DNA of 41,589 nt from Atractiella rhizophila (Eukaryota): assembly GCA_021432655.1 (NCBI GenBank), contig MU271399.1:1-41589 (forward strand), read 5' to 3'. Below, in pieces: positions 9,969 to 22,639 of the stretch. The position numbers were made by a program, and so were the translations under genes. Each line of letters opens with the position of its first letter. The first letter of the stretch is position 1. Under the pieces are notes generated by a model, which ran no database searches, was not told where the DNA came from, and was given only the letters and a program-made list of their open reading frames with translations.

Positions 9969-11988
9969 TCGGAGGGAATGTCGTGAGGAGATTGTGTTTC
10001 ATGGACGATGCGATTCATACCCACTCTTTTACACATGACTCTCGTTTGCCATCCTCGCTCTTTCATGAGCTGTTTCTTTCACCCTTAGTTTGAGTATATC
10101 TAATTATCAACCATTAATTAAAAAACTGTTTTCAGCTTGTGATTTGATTTGTGTCAATGGCACTGTTCTAAGCTATGGAGGTAGTCTGCTGACTGTTCCT
10201 GTTCTAACTTGACTCTTGCGCATTAAGGAATACCATGAGATGATATCAATTTGAGAGGTACCATGGTTACACCTAAACACCTTTGAACATCCAACGCGAG
10301 AACAGCTTCAATATTTGTAATAAAATTTCTTCCCATGACTATCTGTCACCCTGATTTCAGGTCGTCGTGTACTCAAGAGTCCTCCATTCCCAGGCTCCTT
10401 CCACTTGTGCAATGGAACGGAATGGAGGTCTTGAGGACTACTGGCGTCAGGCGATGAGAGCAGTTGATGATGATTCCGCTCATGATGCGTTTTCGAGACT
10501 GGAGGTGGCTGGCTGTAACGGTGTGGAAGTTCGTGGGAAGGAGGGAAGTGGACGTGCAGGCCTCGAGATGGGTGCGCTGGACGGTGTCGTCGGCGCAAGC
10601 GAGAGCGAGTCGGTGGGTTGCAGACCTGAGACCATCGAGACGACATATTGAAATCTGTCCCTCCAAAACAATATATGGGCTTACCTCGTCATGTACCTGT
10701 TGGTCGTATCCAGGAGCTGTCTGATGGCCTTTAAGCTGACGTTGTTGCGCAAACAGAGTCCACGCCTGAGTGAGTGCACGAAGACTTGATGGTAGGAAAA
10801 CTAACACCAACATTCTGCAGCGGAAAGTGCCGTGAACGTCGCAGGACGGAAGGGCGGGGGTGTGCATGGCTATGACGATGCTGCTCGTCTACACAAAATG
10901 ACCTTGTACCAGGTTGAAGGCGGCTAGGATGCTAATTTGAACTTCGTCAGCGTTAGGCGAAGTTCCTCATAAAAGATTCCCGTACATGCCCAACGCCATG
11001 TTCCCATTCGTGGAAGCCGCAGACGCAATCGAGCTGCTCAAGCAATGAGTAAATCTTTCACGCAAAGCGATCTTGAAGGTACATATCCACAGTCCATGCA
11101 TGCCTCGACGTCTTGTCCATGTCCTCGAAGGTACATTGGAAACTGAACATTGACATTGCTGTTGTGAAAGTTGAGCGTCACAGATCCGTTACGATCGATG
11201 TTCGGCAGAGATTGGTGAAGGCCTTTCCGCAAGCCTTTTATTCCTGTGCCATGAATGTGGTGAGAAAGCATTTTGTGACAATAAAGCAGACAGACGCAAG
11301 TCTCCTTGGACTCTCTCCTTATAAATCGTGCCTCCTGTCTACCCTCGCAAAACGTGCGCACGTCTGTACTCACGGAGGGTCGTTACCTCAGTCCTCCCCG
11401 TCCATCAGTCGCGTCTGGACGTCCGAACTCAGCGTTGCCACCTTGAATTTACCTCGAAGTATGAAAGCATGCAGAAGAATCTTTTGAGGCAATCTAGTTC
11501 ATCTTGTAGACCCGAGACGATGACACTTCTAGATACAGAAATCACTTCCACATGTTGGGATTATTGAACTGTTGACTTTGCAACTGGGGTGAAGACAATC
11601 AATCACTCCAACTCGAAAAACAGCGGGAGAAGCTGTAGGAGAAGTGAAACTATGCAGCCATGTACTGCATGGTAATGTGTGGTAATGTTGTAGACCTATG
11701 GACTCGGAAGCGGATAGATCAAAGATTAATTGTCAATTTCAGGAGAGTACCTTCACTCCATCACTATATACAACAAACTACAGGACAACAACTTAGTTCT
11801 TCCTGGTTGCACTGGCGTTGCTCTGGCAAGTCTGTATCCTACTACATAATCATCTGCATCAAGTTTCTTTCTCCAGTCTGAGAGGTCTTGAGCTCCGTTT
11901 GTCTGACGTATCCCACGCTTTTTGATACTCACTGAGTGATAGTATCGTTGCATTCAACTATCGGACTCCTAGAACCTGAGGGCTCGAA

Positions 11989-13479
11989 ATGGACTTCGAA
12001 TCCTGCATCCCATCCGAAATCCTAAAGGAAATCCTGTCCCTTCTTCGCGGCAGTGAGGACGACTGGGAATTCGAGCGGAAAGACCTGTACAACTGTCTCT
12101 TCGTTAACCATCGGTGGTCCACCACTGCTCTGCACGTTTTGTTGGCTAACATCAGAACGTACGCATTTTGGGATGATGAAACACTATTGTCTGTGCATGA
12201 ATCATCTAACAACAAGGACGAATCGCAACTGAACAAATTTTATGCCTTCTTGAACCGACATACGGACCTTTGCCTCCGCATCTACTCCTTCTCATTCCAC
12301 TCGGAATTGGACTACCTAAACTTGCTACTTCCCCTCTTAAGTAGGATGACCAACCTTCAGGATTTTTGCTTTTACCCAGATAAAAATGACGTTGAGGACA
12401 AGCTCTCGCAACTCCCTCCGCTGCCACCTTTGCCAAACCTAAGGTCGCTAGAGATTGGCATTGACCGGTGGAGCTGGAGGACGATGCTCCCGAACATCGA
12501 AGCATCGAAGCAGCTAGTACGCCTCAGTTTCAACGGCTCGATTGAGGATGTTCCCTGGGATCCACCGTCGGGGTCGATACCTTGCTTTCCAAATATCAGG
12601 CATCTCACATTGATAGGAACCAACCTGTCTGCTTCTGTTCTCACCCACATGTTTGGTGAATCTCCAGTGCGGACTCTCACCATCCATTGCGAGGGAGACA
12701 ACGTCTCTCCGCTCCTGCTGATGATCGCTCCTAGCATCAGAAGTTACGACCAATCGTGGAAGGAATATAAAGCAAATGGCAGGCCTAACATCCCTCTTAT
12801 GCCCCAGGTGGAGTCACTGGAATTGAGGTCATTGCCACTGAAGCCCGGGAACGATTGGGGAGATATAGAGCACCTCCCTCTCCTACACAAAATGCAGAAG
12901 CTGGAAATAAAGGGATACGAGCTGTGCACTCCGCCTTCAGCGCTTAAGACTTCCACATTGGCGAATTTAAGGCAACTGTTGATGGAACAGAGCCTCATGG
13001 CGTCGTCTACATTTGGGCACCTGTTCGAGGTCTCCCTCCAGCATTCCCTTGTCGAAATTTCGCTCAGGAGCGATTGTTTCCTCCCAGAACAACCAGGCCA
13101 CACCCTCACGTTGCTTTCTTCTTACTCTCACAAATTTGTTCTCATGTTCACGTTCTACCACGCTGAGAACATTACCAGAGACATGTTTACCGCAATGGCT
13201 CACGCTCTCTGCCCGTTTCTTTACCTCAGCATATCATTCGATTGGTGGGCGACCGGACAGAGGCATGCTGTTGTCCAACAATACTTCAATGAACGCGTCC
13301 ACTCTGCCAGAGTCCTAATCACCACAGAAGTCTTGAAACCTAACAGAATCATCTTCCCCAACCTGCAAGCGATCGGATCGAACGTGGTTTCGCAACAGTT
13401 AATGGAGCAGATGAGGCTGGAGAATGTTCCTAGGGACAAAATGCTGGAGACTTGTAGGAGGTATGGTATGGAAAGATAG
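11989..13479 (+). CDS. F-box-like / RNI-like LRR protein (intronless, 496 aa)
   Basis: N-terminal IPSEILKEILSLL..DLYNCLFVNHRWSTTALHVL fits the fungal F-box-like pattern. It is followed by LxxLxL repeats (LPNLRSLEIG, FPNIRHLTLI, MPQVESLELR, LANLRQLLME). Confidence 0.8.
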   Translation: MDFESCIPSEILKEILSLLRGSEDDWEFERKDLYNCLFVNHRWSTTALHVLLANIRTYAFWDDETLLSVHESSNNKDESQLNKFYAFLNRHTDLCLRIYSFSFHSELDYLNLLLPLLSRMTNLQDFCFYPDKNDVEDKLSQLPPLPPLPNLRSLEIGIDRWSWRTMLPNIEASKQLVRLSFNGSIEDVPWDPPSGSIPCFPNIRHLTLIGTNLSASVLTHMFGESPVRTLTIHCEGDNVSPLLLMIAPSIRSYDQSWKEYKANGRPNIPLMPQVESLELRSLPLKPGNDWGDIEHLPLLHKMQKLEIKGYELCTPPSALKTSTLANLRQLLMEQSLMASSTFGHLFEVSLQHSLVEISLRSDCFLPEQPGHTLTLLSSYSHKFVLMFTFYHAENITRDMFTAMAHALCPFLYLSISFDWWATGQRHAVVQQYFNERVHSARVLITTEVLKPNRIIFPNLQAIGSNVVSQQLMEQMRLENVPRDKMLETCRRYGMER

Positions 13480-15011
13480 TGAGGCGCCTTGGTATTTGTT
13501 ACATCGAGGTACTTGTGGCAAGAGAAACATCGTGGAATGGACAGTAAGTTCCCAGGCGAGTGTACAAAACAACTTGTCAAGATGAATTTCACCAAGCTGC
13601 AGCATGTGCCTCGGATTAGGATCCTCTGCACCGTCACAAAAACTCTAAACGTACACCCTTGAGAATAGAGAACACTCGACCTCCCTTGGAAGAGCTCCTC
13701 CAACCTCCTCTTGATTCTTCTCCTTCCTCTTTTTTCTTTCGGTTTCTCAGCCACCATCAGCCAAGCTCAGGTCCAGTTTTTATACCTCTTCTTCATGTTC
13801 ATATGCTAAAGGCGAAGAGAGATCTGAGCAGCTGGATGATTCTTCGTCATCAACAGTTCCTTTGTTATTGGGGTTGTGATGCTCGTTTTCTGAAACATAA
13901 CAGTGGAACCCATTTATCGTGCGCGTGAGATGGAAGTGCCACAACTTCGGTGTCACGTCTTTGAAGGTAAACAGAATCCATTCCAATATTTCTCTTTGTC
14001 GCAACAAACAGCATTTCCGCGGGCTATGGAATCAGTATCGGTAAAGTGGACAACCGCTGAGCGGTTTGCAGAGGAGAGATTGAGAGATGGTGATGAACAG
14101 GGTAGCTCGCCTATTGAAAGGATAAGGAGGACGGGGAGTAGATGGCGGCGTACGGCGGAGCATGAACGCGTTTCTAGTGTCCCAAGTGGAAACTGTGCGA
14201 TCGTCTTGATCCATCCGGCGCTAAGTTCTGGAGGAGACAACTTGCATCTACCTCGTCGTGTTCAGAATCTCCCTTCTCACTTCCCCCTCCTCGTCTATTC
14301 AATTACTACCCCAAAGCCCCTCTTCGCACCTCCTCCATCAACCCTAACTTGAACCTGACTTTCATCACTGAAAGTCCTGAGCGAAGGACTTGCTTTGCTA
14401 AAAGAATTGGTTGGCAAATCTGGGAACTTCCCTCAGCATTCCGCTGGAAGAGGGAACTTGGCTCGATCAAGAAATACGAGTCGATGAACCCCAGCATGGA
14501 AACGAAACAGATAGGCGATCGTATGACGAGGGCGACGAGTAACTGTGGGTGGTTAAAAGCAAAGCGCGACACCTACGCCAGATATGAAGTGAGCCAGCAC
14601 TAATTACACTAGCTCTGGAGGGTTGTTGACAGCTTCAGAGCATTTAAAAGATAGCAGAAAGACATAAATTCTGTTCATTCCTTCTCAGACAAGACAGCAT
14701 ACCGAATATCGACTGATAATTTCATCCATTCAGTTCTCCCGCTATGGCAAGGCACAAGTTATGTTACACACGCTCTATCTGAAATTCTAAGGCCTGACCG
14801 GCCTGACCCTTTCTGTCGTAGTACCAATACGTCCCTGCCCATTGCAATCGTCGATTGATTGTGCAAGTGGTCGTTTGTCTCAGTTTGTTACCCCAGACTT
14901 TGCCACCAAAGCTGACCAAATCAAAGCAACTACCATAGTCCCAAGGGTCAATCAATCCCATTCTGCTCGACTGTTGCCTTTCTCTCTTTTTCTAAGTCGT
15001 AACTCGCAAGG

Positions 15012-16120
15012 ATGCCTCGAGGTGTGTTGCGCTCCTTCTACTTACTGGGACCCATGACTTACGGCAGGAAACAGCGGAAAAGGGTACCCCCAAGGCGATT
15101 GCCAATGCCATGAAGGCGAAGGGTCTTCAGAGACTTCGATGGTATTGTCAAGTGTGCGAGAAGCAATGCAGGGATGAGAATGGATTCAAGTGCCATACTC
15201 AGTCTGAAGGTCACCTTCGTCAAATGATGGTCGTTGGCGAGCATGCTGGGAGGCATATCGCTCAGTATTCGCAGCAGTTCAAGGCTGAATTCCTTGCTCT
15301 ACTCTCTCGTCGGTGCGTCCTTTGCTCTCTTACCATGATACGGGAGATTGGAATGATGACTATCAATCGCAGATGGGGAACAAAGCGAGTGAAGGCAAAT
15401 ACGGTCTATCAAGAGTACATTTCCGACAAGCACCACGTACACATGAACGCCACTCGCTGGGTTACTCTAACCGCCTTCTGTCGCTACCTCGGTGCAGCTG
15501 GGATCGCCCACGTCGACGAAACTGAAAAGGGCTGGTTCATCGCTTGGATCGATAACTCTCCCAAGACGTTGGCAAAACAGGCGGCGGCGCAGAAGAAGGA
15601 GAGGATGGAGATGGGGGACGAGGAGAGGCAGAGGAAGTTGATCGAGGATCAAATTGAGAGAGCGAAGAGGGAACAGGAGGAGAGGGTCGAGGAGGAGAAG
15701 ACGGCGGAGGGTAGTGGGAGCGGTTCAAATTCAACGGAGGAAGATGCGACGGTGTCTCCTCCCGTTCCAGCTGAACCCATCGCTCCTATCAAGCTCTCGC
15801 TGAAAAAGAAAGAGGACGAACCCTCGCCTACTCCTGCGACGACAGCGACTGCAACTTCAATCTCCCTCAAACCATCGACCTCCATTTCTCTTGCCAAACC
15901 ATCGAACCCCCTCAAGAAGCCATCAAACGTGTTCAAATCCGCCTCCTCCAAGTCCACCTCCACCCCAGCCTCTTCCGCTGCTGCACAGCAGAAACTTAGT
16001 GCGGTGGAGCAGATCATGCTCGAAGAGCAGGAGAGGAAGCGGAAGAGAGAAGAGAGGACTTGGAGTTCTGATAAGAGGAGGGAGGAGGGAGGATTGGCGG
16101 TGAAGAGGATGAGGGTGTAG
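15012..16120 (+). CDS. KIN17: KIN17/Rts2 zinc-finger DNA/RNA-binding protein (fungal short form)
   Basis: MPR|AEKGTPKAIANAMKAKGLQRLRWYCQVCEKQCRDENGFKCHTQSEGH; HVHMNATRWVTLT; DETEKGWFIAWID. Introns ~15022-15074 and an in-frame one at ~15313-15372. Confidence 0.96.
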
Positions 16121-16719
16121 TTATTTGTTTCAATCATTTCATCTCTGTTTTATAGCTTTTAGTCCATGTCATATGGCCCATGTGAACTGTACGCTGACGT
16201 TAACACACGTCTCTTGGAACCGCCATGGAGGGAAAGGAATTCGATTAGAGGAAACTATGAAGTTGAAGAGATGGAAGAGAAATAGAGAAAGAGGACTCGG
16301 ATATACAGGATCAATGTACAAGCCTGACGAGGAAAGGCCATGAAAGCGAGGTAGATTTGACGCTCTTCACTTATTCGAATAAAAGGAATGTAGCAGTTCA
16401 AGAGGGAATGGAATCAGTTGGTGAAATGAGTGAGAAACACTATACTAGCTTTTCAGACAACCCCGAGTCTTCAATTCCTCCTTCTCTACCATCGCCGTCC
16501 TCCTTCCAGCAATATGTAACCAATCTCCTCGGGAGACCGATGAAAGGAATAAATATAAACCAATAACGCTCAGGCTTCAACCACCGGATCAAAAAAGTAG
16601 AACACATATCCCATATATCGAGACTAGAAGGAGCGAATGCGAAAGCAAAAAAGCGGTCTTAAGAATTTCGAAAGGATATATTCTTGAATTTCGCACCTTG
16701 CTCGGAACGTGTGCTTTGC

Positions 16720-18128
16720 TCAGAGTCGATGGCCAGGGACGGCCCAGAAGATCACTGTGAGGATCGCAACCACAATGATGGTGAGCGAGATGACCCAGAT
16801 AGAGCGTCCAAGAAGGAGTTTCTTCACGTAGGGCTCACGAATCTCAATCTACACAGGCCAACATAAATTAAAAGGCAGAAGAAAAGGGAACATGCGACGC
16901 ACGGTTTTGAAAGGTGTTGTCTCGGACCTGTTGAGAAGGACCATGATGGGGTCAAGATCGTAGGAGTGTGAGAGGATGAAGAGGATCGCCACAGCGAATG
17001 GGATGATGACCTTCATAGCACGAGATGTCAGGTAGTATTCATGGGGAGGACGGAAACAACGCACATAGAGCCTCCTTTCTTTCGGCTTAGAATCTAAGAA
17101 AATCAAAGCCAATGCCGTGCTGAAACCAGCCCAGAGGGCTAACAATCCGACACCCAATCTCCCGAGAGCTCCAACTGCCGTGAGGTTCCCAAATGCCTTT
17201 GCTCTCAAGAACCTGGGGAAAGTATCCTGTTCCATGGCCCTGTAGACATACTCCTTCTGGAGGTTGAACATATCGGGGATCTTGGCAAGCTGTTCTGCCT
17301 CGATTTCCGACTGGGGAAAGCTGACCTCTGGAAGGTTGGACGCAGAGAGGGGGAAGGTGTGGATGCGGAGGGAAGGAGGGAGGTAGATCTCGTTTGAGGA
17401 TCCGGCTAGGAGGTAACGCGCGTAGATGCGCTCGGCAGATGCCAACAGATCATGTCTAGTGATGGCAGTGTTTCTGGAGATGTAAGCTTGAGCCGGGGTA
17501 GAGGTTCGACGACCAAAAGATTGAGACGACTTCCGACCTTGAGGCGGCGGAGTTTGAGCATCAGGATAAAGGCGGGCCAGGGTCGGAGAGAAGTGTCGGG
17601 AGACGCCAGAGTGATCAGGCTGTTGGTTGGGCGAGGGAGTTCTGGCATTCCGATCCTCGTTCCCAAAGGAAGGACGTTGGTATCCGCTTTCAGAAAGGAA
17701 TCGTTTCTCCCTTCCTTGGTACCCGTCGCCGCAGTCTTTCCAAGCTTCTCTTCCTCATCTTCCGCATATTCCCCCCGAGTAATCCCGTTGATATTACCAT
17801 TGTAGATGCTCCCTCTCCTCCTCGCCAAGTCGTAATAAGCAGGCCAATCCTCTCGGACCGACCTTCCCGACTTCCTCAAGTCCTTGAAGTAAGCCTTGCA
17901 CAGAGATTCATGCTGGGCGACGTCCAGCCAAAAGTCGAGTGTGTCTTCGGCGCCCTCCCTCTGCAAGAAGATGTAATAACAGTATAAATCGACTGGTGGA
18001 GCGGTTGCACGGCTGTCATGCCATTCCACAGACCAATCAACTCCTTGTCCAGTTTTCCCATGAAAGAAAATAACGCACCGAAGAACCTCATTAAGAGTTG
18101 GTAACCTGTTTTCTCTCTTTGTAGCCAT
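16720..18128 (-). CDS. RAX1: RGS-domain bud-site/polarity protein Rax1
   Basis: NRLPTLNEVL..TAPPVDLYCYYIFLQREGAEDTLDFWLDVAQHE; ASAERIYARYLL.GSSNEIYLP; YRAMEQDTFPRFLRAKAFGNLT; three C-terminal TM segments ending FWAVPGHRL*. The frame change near 17700-17797 is unresolved. Confidence 0.9.
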
Positions 18129-18481
18129 CACTGCTGGCCTCACACAAAAGAATATTGAAAAGCCTCAACGAAAGAGATGGCGGGTCTTAGGACGGAATCG
18201 TTTCGTGTAACAGCTAAAGCGGTGACTTCCTCACTTGGAAGATTTAATCACGTGAAAAATATTGTTCTTCGGGGTGAGGTGTGATAGTAATGGTAATATG
18301 GTAGTAATATGGTATTCTGTAATATTGTACATTTAATCGCTCAAGCAGAACGGAACGACGAAAAGCGATATAAATAATTTACAACAGCCTCCGATGAAAC
18401 GATACTTACCACCGACTTGACCTCGCAGACATTTTCCATTACGATCCTGCACAAAGTTGTCTTCCGTAAAAATCCAAAAAC

Positions 18482-19804
18482 TCAATCGGAATACTCTAAC
18501 TTCACCCCAAAAGCCCTCCAGGCTCTCGCAATCCTTGCGACTTGAGCCTCGCCCCAATTGACATCTTTCAACCTCCCCCTCGCGTTCGGTTTGAGCGATA
18601 TTCTCTCTAGGTTTCCCTTCGATACTGGGCTGCATTCCCGGAGGTCCTCGACCATCTTTCCCGGTTCCAAGTCCTTTTGAAAACCCTCTACTTCGACCAT
18701 CCGTAATGTTAAGCTTGCAAAGATGTCTTGGATGAACGACGGCCAAAGTACACAGGTGCCGCTGAGATGGAGGAATTTGAGGTTGGGGACACAGTCTACA
18801 ATGAGGTTCGAGGATGTCAGCGAGGAAAAGCCGTCTGTCCACCCAGCGGCGTCAGAGATAGACAGGGAGAGAGACGTAATCTGTCCTCCTGGTCGAGAGG
18901 GGATTGACATGAGTGCCTTGAACAGGCCACCTTGTGTGAGACGGGAGGGACGGGAGATGGTGAGAGATAGGAGAGAGGGAGAGTTGAGGAGGAGATGGGT
19001 GAGAAGAGAATAGGGAAGCACGCATTGCGAGAGCTTGATTGTTCGTAAATTGCACATTCGATCCGGAGACTTGGTCAGTGTTGCGCAAGTGGGACCATGA
19101 TGAGCAGAATCGTTTGGTCGAATCACCCATTCCTTCGACTGCCATTTCCCGTATTGCGAAAGTGTCGTCCCTTCCAACGCTAGGGTATCAAGCACTTCTC
19201 CGAGCTGTGGCTGGAGCTTGTTGGTGGAGTTGGGGAATTTAACAAAGAGAATGGGTTCTATGATGTCCCACGTCCATCGGAAGAAGAATCCAGCCTCATC
19301 TGCCGGATGGGGAGATGAAAGGTGAAGCTTGCGCAGAGGGTTGTCTCGCATTGACAGTTTCCGAAGCACATCAAGGATGTCCCGAGAACAATAGGTTGGC
19401 ATGCAGGATACCTCGAGCGCATTCAGACTTCCGTCCAGATCTCGGTTAGTGAGCAAATCGATGAGATTTGCGCCTTTCTCCCAAGCCAGCCGATGCTCCT
19501 TCCCGTACGAGTAGCTCTTCATTCCGACTCTCAAGCGTCGCACATACCGTCTGAGATGTGGAACCTCGATCAGCGTGCGAAGAAGAGCTTCTGGCTGACT
19601 GTGGTCACGGAGAGAAACGTCGGAATACAAGACTGGAATGGAGGCTTCGTGGAAAAGACGGCTGGTGCGAGAGAAGGAAAGGAGAGTGCAGATTGAAGGA
19701 GGAGAAGGCAAATTATAGGTCGGGGTTGCAGTTGGAGAATCTGCTGGGTAGCGAAGTATCCATTCGCAGACTGTGTAAATGGCATCATAAGTCAGAGAAG
19801 GCAT
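18482..19804 (-). CDS. F-box-like / RNI-like LRR protein (intronless)
   Basis: MPSLTYDAIYTVCEWI..TLLSFSRTSRLFHEASIPVLYSDVSL..LLRTL..LRRYVRRLRV; LRR-like units (NLRTIKLSQC, PSLLSLTISR, VPNLKFLHLSG). First ATG at 19804. Confidence 0.78.
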   Translation of the reverse strand: MPSLTYDAIYTVCEWILRYPADSPTATPTYNLPSPPSICTLLSFSRTSRLFHEASIPVLYSDVSLRDHSQPEALLRTLIEVPHLRRYVRRLRVGMKSYSYGKEHRLAWEKGANLIDLLTNRDLDGSLNALEVSCMPTYCSRDILDVLRKLSMRDNPLRKLHLSSPHPADEAGFFFRWTWDIIEPILFVKFPNSTNKLQPQLGEVLDTLALEGTTLSQYGKWQSKEWVIRPNDSAHHGPTCATLTKSPDRMCNLRTIKLSQCVLPYSLLTHLLLNSPSLLSLTISRPSRLTQGGLFKALMSIPSRPGGQITSLSLSISDAAGWTDGFSSLTSSNLIVDCVPNLKFLHLSGTCVLWPSFIQDIFASLTLRMVEVEGFQKDLEPGKMVEDLRECSPVSKGNLERISLKPNARGRLKDVNWGEAQVARIARAWRAFGVKLEYSD

Positions 19805-20317
19805 GATTTGAGACTGCACGGAAGTATTGAGCGTGTACCATCATTTCTACAAGGAGGCGGTACGCACGACTCGGAGAAGCGTTGCGATGACGACTATTCT
19901 CCTCAACGAGAGCCTCTGCTATAAGACTGTTCCCCTTTCTATGGCGCTTCTACGCTGTCTATAATTTTCTTGAAGCTGCTTCTACGACGACTCTACCATG
20001 CCCACTTCCCCACAGTCATGAAGTCATGTGACCAAGGGCTCCCTATGCCGTAAACGCAAACATTTTATTCTGCAATTCATTTACCTCAAAAGGTTTCCTT
20101 ACTGTAGCGTTTGTTCCTTGGAATTGGGATCTTGAGATCTCATTCCGTCCTACGCGTTCTGGTCGAATCTTTGTCTGTTGTACCTCGTATCAAACATTTT
20201 CCCCTGGATACTAGTCTCATTGTTCAGTTTTGGTCTCCAAACTTCTTCGTCCATGCAATTAAGTGTGCGTATAGGTGCCTACAAGATATGCTAACAAAGC
20301 ATTAAAAATGCAGGATT

Positions 20318-20922
20318 CTACTTGTTGGGCTGTTTAGCTGCAGGGGTTGATGTCAGTGTGGGATCCAGGCTCAAGCGGAGAAAGAGAGCATACCTCCATA
20401 TTTTGAGCGTCCTCTCCTCCGTCCTACCACTCCTGCACAATCGAAAACTCCCCTAACGACCTTGTACCTGTTCACAAGCTCGGGTCAGTCATTATACGTA
20501 GCCCAAACGGATAGTACTCACTTCATTCCTGGTAAATCCTGCGTCCTGCCTCCCCTGACCATGACCACGCTATGTTCCTGCAAATTATGTCCCTCTCCCG
20601 GAATATACGCCTTGATGACCTGACCGGTGCTCAACTTGAGCCTGGCGACCTTCCGTTGCGCTGAATTCGGTTTCTTGGGCTTTTCGGTGAATACTCGTAT
20701 GCAGACTCCCTTCCGCTGGAAGCAGTTTTTGAGTGCTGGAGTGGCCGGTTTCTTGACCGCTTTGTACTTGTGCCCGCCTTTTATCACTTGGTTGAGAGTC
20801 GAGCGGTTAGTGGGGGACGTATGGAAGGAGCGAGGAGGGAATGGGTGACGAAGTGCTGGGAGGCCGGAGGATAGGGAGCGTTGGGGGAGAGAAGAGAGAA
20901 CATGGCGTAGCATTAGCATCAT
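20318..20922 (-). CDS. MRPS12: Mitochondrial ribosomal protein uS12m
   Basis: Presequence, then [93 protein letters not shown]; two introns. Confidence 0.97.
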
Positions 20923-21034
20923 GTCGAGGTTGAATTTGAGGCAGTCTTTCTATGCTATAGTGGGAGAGAGTTCAGAACGTGAGATTTTGTTTCGCAAATG
21001 CTGCACGTGTCCTTCGGTTCCGTGGAAAGTGGAA
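20923..21034. promoter_or_regulatory. Very short divergent intergenic region (bidirectional promoter) between MRPS12 and the PAP2 gene
   Basis: About 112-121 bp between head-to-head ATGs (20922 on -; 21035/21044 on +). Confidence 0.5.
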
Positions 21035-21043
21035 ATGACGAAA

Positions 21044-22001
21044 ATGTCTCCTGCTGCAGCACTCAAAACAGTAGTACTCTTCACGCTCGAGGAGGTAAGT
21101 ACTCAATCTTTCGTAAAATGTTTCGCCATTCTGATTCAAGTGTAGACTTTCATCGTGGTCACTACTGCAACAGCAGTTGCAATACTTCACTTGCGATGTC
21201 CACACAGTGTCTTCTTTGGGGCTGGGTCGCTAGTGGCCATGTTCAGTGGTGCGTCATCCTTTTGCATCTTCTCTCTTTTTTTTTGAACATGTTTGCTGAT
21301 TTCTGTCTGTCCTTGGCAGCCAAATTCCTCAAGCTCTTCATTCGCCAATCGCGTCCAGTCATAGAATCCACTGGCGTGACGACCAAGAAAACATACGGAA
21401 TGCCCTCCACCCACTCCTCCTCCGTCGCATTCTTTGCAACGTATATAACGCTTACTTGCCTCTACTTTCACCTACACCCGCGCCTCGTTCGGCTCATCCC
21501 CATCGAGTCCTTGACTCGATTACGCCTGCTTAAATTCTCTCCTGATGCACCTATTGCGGCGAGTGAGATCAATAGAACACTAATAGGAGTAGACGTGTTG
21601 TCGAGGACTTGTATCGCGGTGTTCACAGCCGGTGCTGGAGCGGCAATCTGCTGGTCGAGAATTTATTTGGGCCATCATACCCCTCCTCAAGTGGTGGCTG
21701 GCGCGAGTCTAGGTTCTGTGATTGGGGTCCTGTGGTTCGTGCTATGGAATACTTGTCAGTTCCTTCCCTTTTTTCCTTCCCATCTTTCCCACGTGAACAC
21801 TTGTCGATGCGGTCAGACGCTATAAAGTACGATACACCGTTACAAAGGCTGGGAGAGAACGTGGTGCTGTTCGTTTGGAACACATTAACGCAACATGGAG
21901 TACGACAGGGGTCGAGACGGCTATGGATGGAGCTGAAGAGTTGGGATTGGAATTGGCAAAGATTGATACACGGAGATGCCTTGGAACACAGAGAACTTTA
22001 G
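21044..22001 (+). CDS. PAP2-superfamily phosphatase, dolichyl pyrophosphate phosphatase (Cax4/DOLPP1)-like
   Basis: Motifs KFLKLFIRQSRP, YGMPSTHSS and SRIYLGHHTPPQV. Introns ~21095-21145, ~21249-21319 and ~21755-21817. Start is ATG 21035 or 21044. Confidence 0.88.
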
Positions 22002-22639
22002 ACCGCGAAAATACTTTTTGCCAGCTTGAGAAGTCATCGAAGCTACACTTTCTCTCTCTCTAGACCTCCCTTGCATAAAAGAGATATGGGATGAGAGAAG
22101 TGGTTGTCCACGGAGCAAGTAAAAGTACACGTGACATGCTCACGGTGTCAGCTTGCACCTCCTGTACGTAACAGAAAGTAGATGTTTGTCCACGATGCAA
22201 ACGCAAAGCAACTCAAGAGGGTTTCAGGAAGGACCGAACGGAGAGATGATACACAGCAACCGGGGCGGGATATTTAAGGAGGTCACGGGGATGGGCATGT
22301 CTTGTTCAACAACGTGTAACGATTGTCGCGGGAGGGATCAATAGGTGCGCCTTCTTCTCTGATGGTTGAGAGGAAGGGACATGGTTTTGCAACCTTGGCC
22401 AGAGAAGCTAGATCTGAGAGTCTCTCAATCCTGTCCTTCTTAAATCACTGCTTGGTATAAAGTTGTTCAGTTGAAGCGACAGTCAAACACAGTATACCTC
22501 AGAGTTACTTTCTCTGGCCGTCGCGCCAACTCCCCTCAAGGCTACGAGGCTTTCGCTGTATTCCTTGCGTATTTCCTGTCATCTTGTTATATAATAGTCC
22601 ATCTACCAGCATAGGCTGATCATGCTCTCGGGTCGCAGA

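Noticed and set aside
13500..14900. Several 60-150 aa ORFs between the first F-box gene and KIN17
   Set aside because: Mostly non-ATG starts, no domain motif and no consistent splice model; at most a relic.
17452..17805. Arg-rich plus-strand ORF, and the C-terminal part of ORF 17406-18143
   Set aside because: Antisense or off-frame readings of RAX1 coding sequence.
18283..18330. Imperfect (TGGTAATA)-like microrepeat
   Set aside because: Short AT-rich low-complexity tract in a 3'/intergenic region; not telomeric and not CRISPR-like.
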